The notes beneath the pieces were generated by a model. The model was not told the DNA's origin and ran no database searches. It saw only the letters and a program-made list of their open reading frames with translations. The position numbers were made by a program, and so were the translations under genes. Below are positions 19,502-29,409 of a stretch of 64,000 bases of DNA, piece by piece (the stretch's first letter is position 1; each line of letters begins with the position of its first letter). The stretch is from Minisyncoccota bacterium (GTDB lineage: Bacteria > Patescibacteriota > Minisyncoccia > Minisyncoccales > GWA2-38-27), in contig JAQVFW010000002.1 in NCBI GenBank assembly GCA_028697015.1, forward strand, positions 5,287-69,286. Reading direction: 5' to 3'.

Positions 19502-21442
19502 CTATTTTTGTTTATCAAGGATTTTCTTTATTTGGTTAACGCTTTCGGGATTTGCAAGAGTACTAAGGTCTCCAAGTTCCTCTTTTGAAAAAAGCTTTCT
19601 TAATATTCTTCTCATTATTTTCCCGGACCTTGTTTTTGGCAAGTCATTTATAATATATATTTTTTTGGGAGTTGCAATTGGTCCTATCTCTTTTCTAATT
19701 TGGAAGATTATCTCTTTTTCAATTTCGCTTGTTTCTCTCTCTTTTTTTAAAACAACAAAAGCAACAGGCATTTCCCCTTTTATTTCATCGGGAATTCCAA
19801 CCACGGCGCATTCCACTACATCCTTATGCAAAGAAATAGCACTTTCCATTTCTCCAGTAGACAATCTGTGTCCGGCTGTTTTTATAACATCATCAGCTCT
19901 TCCAATTATTCTTATAAGGCCGTTTTTATCTCTTAGGGCCTTGTCGCTTGTAAAATATATTTCTTTTCCGTATTGGTTAAAATACGTCTCAATGTATTTT
20001 TTTTCATCCTTATATACTCCCCTCAAAAGACCCGGAGCAAAAGGAGGAAGAACAACTAAATTTCCTTGTTTTTCTGGAAGGCAAGAATTCCCATTATCGT
20101 CTAAAATATCCGTTTTTATTCCCGGAAATGGCAATCCGGCAAAAGTTGGCTTAAACGGACCGATTCCAGGCAAAGATGTTATAAGTATTCCCCCTGTTTC
20201 CGTTTGCCACCAGGTATCAACCAAGGGGCATTTTCCCTTTCCTACTTCTTTTAGATACCAATTCCAAGCAGAATGGTCTATCGGTTCTCCGACAGAACCA
20301 AGAACTCTTAATGTTTCCATTTTATGCTTTTTAACAATTTCTGATGCATTTTTTTCAAACATCCTGATTGCTGTTGGAGAAGTATAAAAAGCGGTTACTT
20401 TGTATTTTTCTATAATCTTGCACCATCTGCCAGAATCTGGAAAGTCAGGAGTTCCTTCATACATGACAAAAGTAGAGCCGGAAAGAAGCGGACCGTAAAT
20501 AGTATAAGTATGGCCTGTAATCCATCCAACATCGGCCATTGACCAAAAAACATCGTCATCTTTTAAATTGAAAATCCATTTACTTGTAAATTTTGCCTGA
20601 ACCGTATAGCCGGCGCAAGTATGGACGATTCCCTTTGGTTTGCCCGTAGAACCGCTGGTATAAAGTATAAAAAGAGTATCTTCCGAATTCATCGCTTTTG
20701 AGTCGCATTTGTCTTTTTCTTTATTTAAAAGATCATCCCACCATAAATCTCTTAAAAAGGTCATAGAAACTTTATTTCTCGCTCGCTTTACGACAATTAT
20801 TTTTTCCACTTTAGTTTCCAATACTCCTTCATCAGCATTTTTTTTCAAATCAATAATTTTACCTCTTCTATAATATCCGTCGGCAGTTATTAATATCTTT
20901 GCCTTAGTATCTTCTAATCTCACTTTCAAAGCTGAAGGCGAAAAAGCGGAAAAGACAACTACATGAATAGCTCCGATTTTGGCGCAAGCAAGCATTGAAA
21001 TAGCAACTTCCGGAATCATAGGAAGATAAATTCCCACCCTATCCCCCTTTTTAACTCCTAGCTTTTTTAAAGCATTAGCGGCCTTGTTTACTTCTTTGTA
21101 AAGCTGGTAATAGGTGAAAATTCTTTCTTTCTCTTTTTCGTTTTCCGGCTCAAAAATAAGGGCAATTTTATCTTTGTTTTTCTCCAAATTTTTATCAAGA
21201 GCATTTTCTGTAATGTTAATTTTTCCTTTATCAAACCACTTAAAAAAAGGCGGTTTATGAATAAACGCCTTTTGCCATTTTTTTCTCCAAAAAAGCTCCT
21301 TTGCAAGCTTTTCCCAAAATAAAACAGGATCTTCTGTCGCTTTTTTATAAATCGAATTGCTATTTATCAAGGCCTCTTTTTTAAAATCTTCCGAAGGATA
21401 ATAAAAGAGGCCTTTTTTAATAAGATTTTTTCTTTTTGGCAT
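19502..21442 (-). CDS. acs: Acetyl-CoA synthetase (AMP-forming)
   Basis: [31 protein letters not shown]. Confidence 0.96.
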   Translation of the reverse strand: MPKRKNLIKKGLFYYPSEDFKKEALINSNSIYKKATEDPVLFWEKLAKELFWRKKWQKAFIHKPPFFKWFDKGKINITENALDKNLEKNKDKIALIFEPENEKEKERIFTYYQLYKEVNKAANALKKLGVKKGDRVGIYLPMIPEVAISMLACAKIGAIHVVVFSAFSPSALKVRLEDTKAKILITADGYYRRGKIIDLKKNADEGVLETKVEKIIVVKRARNKVSMTFLRDLWWDDLLNKEKDKCDSKAMNSEDTLFILYTSGSTGKPKGIVHTCAGYTVQAKFTSKWIFNLKDDDVFWSMADVGWITGHTYTIYGPLLSGSTFVMYEGTPDFPDSGRWCKIIEKYKVTAFYTSPTAIRMFEKNASEIVKKHKMETLRVLGSVGEPIDHSAWNWYLKEVGKGKCPLVDTWWQTETGGILITSLPGIGPFKPTFAGLPFPGIKTDILDDNGNSCLPEKQGNLVVLPPFAPGLLRGVYKDEKKYIETYFNQYGKEIYFTSDKALRDKNGLIRIIGRADDVIKTAGHRLSTGEMESAISLHKDVVECAVVGIPDEIKGEMPVAFVVLKKERETSEIEKEIIFQIRKEIGPIATPKKIYIINDLPKTRSGKIMRRILRKLFSKEELGDLSTLANPESVNQIKKILDKQK

Positions 21443-21451
21443 TTATAAAAG

Positions 21452-22462
21452 TTACTTCTTTATCTTTTTGCCCACATATTCTCCAAATTCAGAAAGACGA
21501 CAAGCATATGCATATTCATTATCATACCAGGCAACAACTTTTATAATATTTTCATTAACCATTAAAGAAGGAATATCTATTATGGCAGAATTTGGATTAC
21601 CAATGTAATCTGTAGAAACAAGAGGCGCTTCCTCGACCGAAAAAATTCCTTTCAGATTATTCTCCGCATTTTTAAATAATCTAATAAGTTCTTCTTTTGT
21701 CGTCTTTTTTTCCGTTTCAACAAAAAGATCAAGAAGAGAAACAATTGGTGTCGGAACCCTAAGAGCAATTCCGTCAATTCTGCCATAAAGTTCGGGAATA
21801 ACCTTTGAAATAGCTTTTGCAGCTCCGGTAGAAGTGGGAATAATATTTAAGGCCGCAGCTCTTGCTCTTCTTAAATCTTTGTGCGGAAGGTCAAGGATTT
21901 TTTGATCGTTGGTATAACTATGAACCGTAGTCATAAATCCTTTTTTAATAACAAGAGCGTCGTTTATTATTTTAGAAACAGGAGCAAGGCAATTTGTAGT
22001 ACAGGAACCCATATCTACAATTTTATCCTTCTTTGGATCAAACTTATCTTCATTTACTCCTAAAATATAGCTGGGAATTTCACTGTCTTTTGAAGGAGCT
22101 GAAATAATCACCTGTTTTGCTCCAGATGCTATATGCTTATTTGAACCTTCAAGGGAATTAAAATGTCCAGTACATTCAAAAACAATATCAACTTCCAATT
22201 TTTCCCAAGGAAGATTTGAAGGGTCCGTTTCAGAAAAAACCAAAAACTCCTTATCGTCAACAGATATTCCGTCTTTTAAAGGAATAATTTTTCTATTATA
22301 TGTTCGATAAACAGAATCATATTTAAGAAGATGAGCTAACGTTTCATTATTTGTTAAATCGTTGATTGCCACAACCTCAATTTCAGGATGTTTATCAAGC
22401 AATATTTTAAATAAAGAACGGCCTATTCTTCCAAAACCGTTAATCGCTATTTTAATTGGCAT
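21452..22462 (-). CDS. gap: Type I glyceraldehyde-3-phosphate dehydrogenase
   Basis: INGFGRIGR, SCTTNCL, WYDNE. Confidence 0.98.
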   Translation of the reverse strand: MPIKIAINGFGRIGRSLFKILLDKHPEIEVVAINDLTNNETLAHLLKYDSVYRTYNRKIIPLKDGISVDDKEFLVFSETDPSNLPWEKLEVDIVFECTGHFNSLEGSNKHIASGAKQVIISAPSKDSEIPSYILGVNEDKFDPKKDKIVDMGSCTTNCLAPVSKIINDALVIKKGFMTTVHSYTNDQKILDLPHKDLRRARAAALNIIPTSTGAAKAISKVIPELYGRIDGIALRVPTPIVSLLDLFVETEKKTTKEELIRLFKNAENNLKGIFSVEEAPLVSTDYIGNPNSAIIDIPSLMVNENIIKVVAWYDNEYAYACRLSEFGEYVGKKIKK

Positions 22463-22521
22463 ACTTTAATTTCCCAAGCAGACCGAAAAAAGATCTGCTT
22501 GGGAATACATTTTTTAGGTAA

Positions 22522-22923
22522 TTAAAACTGAGGAAGTAAATCTTGGTCAATCTCGGTTCCTTGTGGAATCATCCATTGATCAGGAGAAAATTCGCTTATT
22601 ACTATCCCTTCCGGAAAGAAAACTTTTCCATCTTTTGTAATATATGAAGAAAAAGGATTCCCAGCAACAAGAATATCAACTTTGTACATCCCTCTTTCTT
22701 CCACAATATTAACAAAAGTTGCAAGGCTCTGTCCCTGAAGCATCATATTGTTAATAAAGTCCATGGCTACTTCTTTTGCTTCATCTTTTGAAAGAGCAGC
22801 GCCCATTTCTGTTCCCGTTTGAGATTGTTCTTGTGACTGATAGCCAAGGTAAATAAAAAATCCCAAAATTACTATACCGATAGAGATAATTATTGCCGGC
22901 AACAAACTTTTTGTTTTGTCCAT
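22522..22923 (-). CDS. Membrane-anchored hypothetical protein, paralog of the N-terminal domain of 23274-23936
   Basis: TM helix plus shared MDFINN...QGQ...PFSSYxTKDGKxFFPE. Confidence 0.7.
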   Translation of the reverse strand: MDKTKSLLPAIIISIGIVILGFFIYLGYQSQEQSQTGTEMGAALSKDEAKEVAMDFINNMMLQGQSLATFVNIVEERGMYKVDILVAGNPFSSYITKDGKVFFPEGIVISEFSPDQWMIPQGTEIDQDLLPQF

Positions 22924-23004
22924 ATTTTTTTTCGACAATTAAGGCCCCGTGGTAATAAATAGCAAGAAGCGCCAAAAGCCGAAATATTAATATTATTTAT
23001 TTTT

Positions 23005-23238
23005 TTAAAGTCCCAATAATTGGGATATTTTTTCTTTATCAAATCCTATTACAATTTCCCCGCCTATATCAAGAACGGGCACACCCATCTGACCGGACTT
23101 GCTTATCATTTCTTCTGCCGCTTTTTCGTCCGCAGAAACGTCAATCTCTTCAAATTCAATATTATTATCCTTCAAAAAGTTTTTGACAGTTACACAGTAC
23201 GGACAAACAGGAGTAGTATATACGAGAATTTTTTCCAT
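23005..23238 (-). CDS. Glutaredoxin-like (NrdH/YruB) protein
   Basis: CPYC, GQMGVPV, IGFD. Confidence 0.9.
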   Translation of the reverse strand: MEKILVYTTPVCPYCVTVKNFLKDNNIEFEEIDVSADEKAAEEMISKSGQMGVPVLDIGGEIVIGFDKEKISQLLGL

Positions 23239-23273
23239 GATTTTTATTGAAATTAAACTTTTCTGACCTTTAA

Positions 23274-23936
23274 TTATCCGCAATTAGTGGCCGCGGCAAA
23301 CCCTTCAAGAGTCCTTTGTCCTTGGTATGGTTTATCGTCAATAAGTATTGTGGGATATCCAGTTACTCCTTTTTCTCTGCAAAGCGTTTCTTCAACCGTA
23401 CATTCAACATAAACCGGTTCAATAACTTCCTTGCCTCCGAATGATTTAACTACCTCTGCGCAATACGGGCACCAGTCAGCTCCATAAACAACGAATTTCT
23501 TTTCCTTTAGACAAGATACTAGGCTATTAATATCCCCGCTGTAACTTGTTTCTGAAGGGTTTTGGCTTTCTTGATTGTTTATATTAACAGGAGGTTGAGT
23601 TGCAGCAAGGGCTTTAATTTCCTCAACATTCAACGCTTCCGGAAAGAAAAACTTTCCATCTTTTGTCAGATATGAAGAAAACGGCTGTCCCTCTACTATT
23701 ATTTCGATTTTATAAAGACCGTACTCTTCCGTTATTTTTGAAAAGGAAGCTATAGCTTGTCCCTGCATCATGGTATTGTTTATAAAATCCATGGTTAATG
23801 TCGTCGCTTCTTCCTGTGAAAGAACAACTCCTTCGCTATTTTTTTGTGACTGAAGGTTTGGATAAACAATTGCTCCGGCAATCATAATTGAAGCAACAAC
23901 GATTGCAAGAGAAAGTATATTTTTATCTTTTAGCAT
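23274..23936 (-). CDS. Membrane-anchored thioredoxin-fold (PDI-like) protein
   Basis: YGADWCPYC, YVEC...C, GYPT. Confidence 0.8.
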   Translation of the reverse strand: MLKDKNILSLAIVVASIMIAGAIVYPNLQSQKNSEGVVLSQEEATTLTMDFINNTMMQGQAIASFSKITEEYGLYKIEIIVEGQPFSSYLTKDGKFFFPEALNVEEIKALAATQPPVNINNQESQNPSETSYSGDINSLVSCLKEKKFVVYGADWCPYCAEVVKSFGGKEVIEPVYVECTVEETLCREKGVTGYPTILIDDKPYQGQRTLEGFAAATNCG

Positions 23937-24030
23937 ATTTTTATTATTTTTATTATTTTTATTTTACGCCCTCTGCATTATATTATCATAATTATTTTAC
24001 AAGTGCAAGAATTGTTATTTATTGCAATAT

Positions 24031-24717
24031 TCAAATATTTTCAAAGTGTTTTTTGCTTTTTAAATTCATTTTTTCGTCAAATTGATATTCTAAAATTCCG
24101 CCAAAAGGAAATTCAACGCCTGCTATTTTTTCACTTGAAATATTTTCTATATATTTTACTATCGCCCTTAAGCTATTATGGCTTGATACTACCATTATAT
24201 TTCTGTTTTTTTTAATGTCTTTTTCTATGTATTTTTTAAAAAAAGGAACAACTCTATTGTAAACATCTTTAAGGGACTCTCCATTTGGAGGAGCAATATT
24301 ATAGCTTCTGCGCCAAAGATTTACTTTTTCTTCTCCATATTTTTCAATAGTTTCTTTCTTATTAAGGCCCTGTAATTTTCCATAATATCTCTCATTTAAT
24401 TTTTCCGTAACGTATACAGGAATATCGTTTTCTGAAATATCTACAAAGTTTCCCCATTTTTGCATTTTTCCCTTATCTAAATGTATAAAAAAAGGATATT
24501 TATTATCAATATTTTCGAAAATCTTAGCAACGGTATCTTGGTTTCTGAAAAGAGGAGAAGTATAAGCAACATCTATTTTATTTCTGAAAATTATTTTTGA
24601 CAAATAAGCGGCTTTTTGAAATTCCCCTTTTGCAATAGGTCCGTCCGTCCATCCGGCAAATCTATTATCTTTATTCCATTGTGATTTTAAATGTCTTACT
24701 AAAATTATCTTTGGCAT
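24031..24717 (-). CDS. gpmA: 2,3-bisphosphoglycerate-dependent phosphoglycerate mutase
   Basis: LVRH, NRFAGWTD, LNERYYGKLQG, WRRSY, HNSLRA. Confidence 0.92.
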   Translation of the reverse strand: MPKIILVRHLKSQWNKDNRFAGWTDGPIAKGEFQKAAYLSKIIFRNKIDVAYTSPLFRNQDTVAKIFENIDNKYPFFIHLDKGKMQKWGNFVDISENDIPVYVTEKLNERYYGKLQGLNKKETIEKYGEEKVNLWRRSYNIAPPNGESLKDVYNRVVPFFKKYIEKDIKKNRNIMVVSSHNSLRAIVKYIENISSEKIAGVEFPFGGILEYQFDEKMNLKSKKHFENI

Positions 24718-24724
24718 GGCATTT

Positions 24725-25924
24725 TTAATTTATTTCCTGATAAATTTCAAGAAGGCGATTATACTTAACAACTCTTTCTCCTCTCGCAGGAGCTCCCGTT
24801 TTGATATAATCAGAAGAAATCCCCACCGAAAGATCGGCTATAAAATCATCCATTGTTTCTCCTGAACGATGAGAAATCATTATCTTTAGCCCTTTATCTT
24901 TTGCTTCTCTTATTGCCTCCATTGTTTCATAAACGGTTCCTATTTGATTGGGCTTTATTATTACTCCGCCTATAAGATCTTCTTCGGCAGCAAAAGAAAT
25001 TAAGCTTTTATTTGTTACGGTAAGATCGTCTCCGATAATTAAAGTTTTTTTCGCTTCTTTTTTTAAGGCCCTAAATCCTTCTATATCTTCCTCTTCAAAA
25101 GGATCTTCCATTGAAAAAATAGGATAACTCTTTATAAGGTCCAGATAAAACTTCAAAAGTCCGTCTCTTGTAAAAACATTGTTTTCAAGATGATATTCTT
25201 TGTTCTTATAAAAATAAGAAGCGGCGCAATCAAGGCCTATTTTGGTATCTTTTTTGATTATAGAGGAGATAATATCAAGAGCATGCACAGAAGATAAAAT
25301 AGGAGGAGAAAATCCCCCCTCATCTCCCACATTAATAGCTCCTTTGCCGTATTTTTTAACCAGTTCTTTTTTTAAATTTTGATAAATAAGAGCTCCTTCT
25401 TCAAGATTTTCTTTATAATTTTCTTTTTGAGGGATAACCATGAATTCCTGAATGTCTAAATTATTTCCGGCATGACTTCCTCCGTTTATAATATTAAAAC
25501 AAGGAAGAGGAAAACTTCCTTCTTTTTTATTATAAAGGTTTTGAATATGCCTATAAAGAGGAATGTTGTAATGAGCAGCCGATGCTTTTAAAACAGCAAT
25601 TGATACAGGAAGTAAAGAATTTGCCCCTAAATTTGACTTGTTTTCCGTTTTATCAAGCTCAATTAATTTTTTATCAAACTTTTCTTGATCTAAAATATTA
25701 AGATCTTTTATCGCCGAATAAATTATTTCATTGATATTTGATACGCAAGACAATACCTTTCCGTTTTTATCCCTTATTTCAACCGCCTCTCTTTTGCCAA
25801 CCGAAGCGCCAGAAGGAGAAGAAGCTTTAAATTTTCCGTCTTTTGTAATAACTAAAACTTCTGTCGTAAAATTACCTCTTGAGTCCAAAATCTGTCTTGC
25901 TTTTAGTTCTTCAATTTTTTTCAT
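24725..25924 (-). CDS. eno: Enolase
   Basis: ILDSRGN, PSGAS, GDEGGF, SHRSGET, KYNRLL. Confidence 0.97.
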   Translation of the reverse strand: MKKIEELKARQILDSRGNFTTEVLVITKDGKFKASSPSGASVGKREAVEIRDKNGKVLSCVSNINEIIYSAIKDLNILDQEKFDKKLIELDKTENKSNLGANSLLPVSIAVLKASAAHYNIPLYRHIQNLYNKKEGSFPLPCFNIINGGSHAGNNLDIQEFMVIPQKENYKENLEEGALIYQNLKKELVKKYGKGAINVGDEGGFSPPILSSVHALDIISSIIKKDTKIGLDCAASYFYKNKEYHLENNVFTRDGLLKFYLDLIKSYPIFSMEDPFEEEDIEGFRALKKEAKKTLIIGDDLTVTNKSLISFAAEEDLIGGVIIKPNQIGTVYETMEAIREAKDKGLKIMISHRSGETMDDFIADLSVGISSDYIKTGAPARGERVVKYNRLLEIYQEIN

Positions 25925-26849
25925 TTTTAAACTCTCTTAAATATTTATAAGCCGATAAAACCGCCTTGCATCCTTCTCCCGCCGCTGTGACTATTTGCTT
26001 ATATCCCCCGGCTTTAACGTCGCCAGCGGAAAAAAGTCCCGGCGTTTTTGTTTTAAGAGTTTCACATTCAATAATAATTTCATCTCTTTCATTAAAATCA
26101 ACCAAGTTCTTTACAAAAGATGTTGCCGGTAAATTGCCTATTTCAATAAAAACTCCTTGGAGAGATAGTTCTTTTTCTTCTTTTGTCTTTAAATCTTCGT
26201 AAATAATCTTTTCAACAAAATCATTTCCTTTTATTTCTTTAACAGACGCATTTTTTATAATTTCAATTTTTTCGGATTTTTCAGCTTCATTTTTATTTTT
26301 TTCGTCGGCATTTAATTCTTCTTTGAATTCCAAAACATATATTTTACTTGCATAATTTTCCATAAAAAGAGCCGCTTCAAGACCAGCGTTTCCTCCTCCT
26401 ATTACTGCAATCTGTTTGTTTTTAAATAAAGGGCCGTCGCAAGTAACACAGTAACTGACGCCTTTTCCTATAAACTCTTTTTCTCCGGGAACTTCAAGCG
26501 GTCTTGGATCGGCACCGGTTGAAATAATAACTGTCTTTGACAAAAAACGCTCTTTTTCTGCGGTATGAACAATAAAATTATCTCCTTCTTTTTCTATGTT
26601 TGCAACTTTAGTAAGCTTTATTTCTATATCTTGTTTTCTAAGATGGCTTATGAAATTTTCCACCAATTCTAGTCCCGTTATTTCCGGAATTCCCGGCCAA
26701 TTTTCAATTTTAACAGCTTTTTTGGCTATTTGTCCGCCAAATTCTTTTGTAATCAAAAGGGTCTTCATTCTTTGTCTGCCGGCATATATTCCGGCGGTTA
26801 TCCCGGCAGGACCTCCGCCTATAATAATTAAATCGTAAGTCATTAACAT
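25911..26849 (-). CDS. trxB: Thioredoxin reductase (TrxB/AhpF-like)
   Basis: GGGPAG, CVTCDG, GGGNAG. Confidence 0.88.
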   Translation of the reverse strand: MLMTYDLIIIGGGPAGITAGIYAGRQRMKTLLITKEFGGQIAKKAVKIENWPGIPEITGLELVENFISHLRKQDIEIKLTKVANIEKEGDNFIVHTAEKERFLSKTVIISTGADPRPLEVPGEKEFIGKGVSYCVTCDGPLFKNKQIAVIGGGNAGLEAALFMENYASKIYVLEFKEELNADEKNKNEAEKSEKIEIIKNASVKEIKGNDFVEKIIYEDLKTKEEKELSLQGVFIEIGNLPATSFVKNLVDFNERDEIIIECETLKTKTPGLFSAGDVKAGGYKQIVTAAGEGCKAVLSAYKYLREFKNEKN

Positions 26850-26857
26850 TTTTTATT

Positions 26858-27634
26858 TTATACCGAAAGCCATCCCCCATCAACGGGAATAACTGCTCCT
26901 GTCATATACGAAGAACTGTCAGAACATAGGAACAAAACAACGTTTGCTATCTCTTCCGGCTTTCCCATTCTTTTCATCGGAATTCTTGAAAGAGTTGCTT
27001 TTAATCCTTCCTTGTCGGACTTTATAGGGTCAACCATGGGCGTTTCAATAACTCCTGGAGCAATGGCATTGACTCTTATGTTATAAGGGGCAAGGTCTAT
27101 TGCTAGAGCTTCTGTCATTCCGGCTATCCCTCCTTTTGAAGAAACATAGTGAACAAGGGAAGGAAAACCAACTCCGACTTGGCCCATTGCTATTGAACCG
27201 ATATTTACTATTACTCCTGATTTTTGCTTTGCCATTATGTCTGAAGCAGCCCTGGCGCAAAGAAAATATCCTTTTAGGTTTATATCAATTGTTTTGTTCC
27301 AATCCTCTTCTGTCATTTCTAAAAACGGTTTAAATTGGGTAATTCCGGCATTATTAACTAATATGTCTATTTTCCCCCACTCTTCAACCGTTTTCTTTAT
27401 CAGATTATCAACTTCTTCTTTCTTGGAAACATCGCATTTTATGGCAATTGCTTCTCCTCCTTTTTCTTTTATCTCTTCAACAACTTTTAAGCATTCTTCT
27501 TCTGAAATATCCGAAACAACAACTTTTACCCCATATTTAGCCAAAACCAAAGAATGAGCTTTTCCCATTCCCCTTCTTGCTCCGGTAACAATGGCTACTT
27601 TGCCTTCAAGATTGAAAAGATTTGAATTTGTCAT
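26858..27634 (-). CDS. SDR family oxidoreductase
   Basis: TGARRGMG, NNAG, YxxxK (YVSSK). Confidence 0.93.
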   Translation of the reverse strand: MTNSNLFNLEGKVAIVTGARRGMGKAHSLVLAKYGVKVVVSDISEEECLKVVEEIKEKGGEAIAIKCDVSKKEEVDNLIKKTVEEWGKIDILVNNAGITQFKPFLEMTEEDWNKTIDINLKGYFLCARAASDIMAKQKSGVIVNIGSIAMGQVGVGFPSLVHYVSSKGGIAGMTEALAIDLAPYNIRVNAIAPGVIETPMVDPIKSDKEGLKATLSRIPMKRMGKPEEIANVVLFLCSDSSSYMTGAVIPVDGGWLSV

Positions 27635-27643
27635 ATTTTTTTA

Positions 27644-28507
27644 TTATTTAATGGCCTCTGGAATGGCAGATATTAAATCCGTCGCCATTACCCCTTCGCC
27701 ATATTTTTTAATTGCTATTTCTCCAGCAAGCCCGTTAATATAGGCTGATGCCTTTGCCGATTTAAAAACATCGTTTCCTCTTGCAAGCATGGCTCCTGCA
27801 ATTCCAGCCAAAGTATCGCCCATGCCTCCTTTTGTCATTAAAGAAGATCCGGTTTCATTTATGGCAACATTCTCTCCGTCTGAAATAATATCAATATTGC
27901 CTTTAAGCAATATCGTTGTCTGAAGGCGCTTTGCCTGCTCTTTCACAACAGAAACTTTTTCACCAAGTGACATTCCGTCTACATTTTTTTTTGTCAAAAC
28001 GAAAAACTCATAACTGTGAGGTGTAAGTAAAAATGGCTTTCCCGCTAAAATATTAGTATTAAGAGAAACTGCATGTATTCCGTCAGCGTCAATTACAGAG
28101 GGTACTGAAATCTGAGAAAGATAATCAATGATTGTTTCTTGGACTTCCTTATTTCTTCCCATTCCTCCGCCTATTAAAACAGCTTCCCCTCCTCTTGAAA
28201 TAACTTTAATTGATTCTGTCATTGAAATAATATCGGGCAAATCCTTTTTTGTAAGATTGTCATTTTCAATTGCGCAAGAAACTATATCGGGAGAAAATCC
28301 GGCAATAATATTTGCCGCTCTTTTTGGAGCTACAACCCTTACCATATCAACTCCTGCTCTAAATGCGGAAAGAGCGGAAAGAGCAGGCGAACCGCTATAG
28401 AGCTCCGAACCGCCTATTACAAGAAGAAAACCGTAATCGTATTTTTTAACTTCAGACGGTCTTTTTTTATATATTTCTTTTAAAATTCTTTTATCTATTT
28501 TTTCCAT
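27644..28507 (-). CDS. nnrD: NAD(P)HX dehydratase (YjeF C-terminal)
   Basis: GGSELYSGS, VIDADG, LTPH, GGMGDTLAG. Confidence 0.9.
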   Translation of the reverse strand: MEKIDKRILKEIYKKRPSEVKKYDYGFLLVIGGSELYSGSPALSALSAFRAGVDMVRVVAPKRAANIIAGFSPDIVSCAIENDNLTKKDLPDIISMTESIKVISRGGEAVLIGGGMGRNKEVQETIIDYLSQISVPSVIDADGIHAVSLNTNILAGKPFLLTPHSYEFFVLTKKNVDGMSLGEKVSVVKEQAKRLQTTILLKGNIDIISDGENVAINETGSSLMTKGGMGDTLAGIAGAMLARGNDVFKSAKASAYINGLAGEIAIKKYGEGVMATDLISAIPEAIK

Positions 28508-28512
28508 ATTTT

Positions 28513-29400
28513 TTATACCTTCAAATCCTTTATTGTTTTTTTTAATTCTTCTCCATATTCCGGATGTTCCAAAGAAAGAATAATATTTGACTTTAAAAGA
28601 GCAAGCTTATTTCCACATTCAAGCCACTCCCCTTCAATTTCTTTTCCATATATTGTTTTTTTATCCCTTAGCATATCGGAAAAAGCATTTGCCAGTATAA
28701 TTTCTTTTTTTGCGGTTGGTTTGGTCTTTTTTAAATAATCAAAAACCTCTGGAATAATAATATACTTTCCGACTACGGCAAGGTTTGAAGGAGCGCTTGA
28801 AAAAGACGGCTTTTCCACAATTCCTAAAATTTTATAATGCTTATTTGCTATTCTTTCTACATTGACGACCCCGTATGAAGAAAGCTTTTCCTTTTGAAGA
28901 GGAAAAAGAGAAAGAGTTGTTTTTTGGGAAGTATTAAAAACAGAAATAAGCTGGGAAAGAGCAGGGACTTTGGATTTAATAACATCATCTGCAAATAAAA
29001 TTGCCACCGGATCATCTTTTACCGCCTTTTTTGTTTCCAAAACCGCTTGTCCATCGCCCAAGGGATTTTTCTGGAAAACATAAGAAAAAGTAACTTCTTT
29101 AAAAAGGTTTTCCAGCTTCTTTATATCTTCAAGAATCTTTTCTTCTTTTCTTTCCCTTAAAACCTTTTCCACCTCCGAAAATGTTTTTTTATAGTTTGTA
29201 TATTCAAGAATTAATCTGTTATCTTGCCTTATTACAAAGATAATTTCTTTGATTCCGGAATTAATCGCTTCTTCAAGAATATATTGAATAACCGGTTTAT
29301 CTACCAAGGGCCAAAATTCTTTTGGGACTATTTTTGAAAGAGGAAGAAATCTTGTTCCCAGGCCCGCAAGTAAAATAACCGCTTTTTTTATTTCAGTCAT
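28513..29400 (-). CDS. galU: UTP-glucose-1-phosphate uridylyltransferase-like nucleotidyltransferase
   Basis: AGLGTRFLP...PKE, VEKP, SNLAVVGKY. Confidence 0.85.
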   Translation of the reverse strand: MTEIKKAVILLAGLGTRFLPLSKIVPKEFWPLVDKPVIQYILEEAINSGIKEIIFVIRQDNRLILEYTNYKKTFSEVEKVLRERKEEKILEDIKKLENLFKEVTFSYVFQKNPLGDGQAVLETKKAVKDDPVAILFADDVIKSKVPALSQLISVFNTSQKTTLSLFPLQKEKLSSYGVVNVERIANKHYKILGIVEKPSFSSAPSNLAVVGKYIIIPEVFDYLKKTKPTAKKEIILANAFSDMLRDKKTIYGKEIEGEWLECGNKLALLKSNIILSLEHPEYGEELKKTIKDLKV

Positions 29401-29409
29401 TTTTTTATA

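Noticed and set aside
19665-20387. 240-aa plus-strand ORF, and similar ones at 47477-48136 and 53853-54320
   Set aside because: Antisense shadows of acs, pyk and udg with no recognisable motifs.
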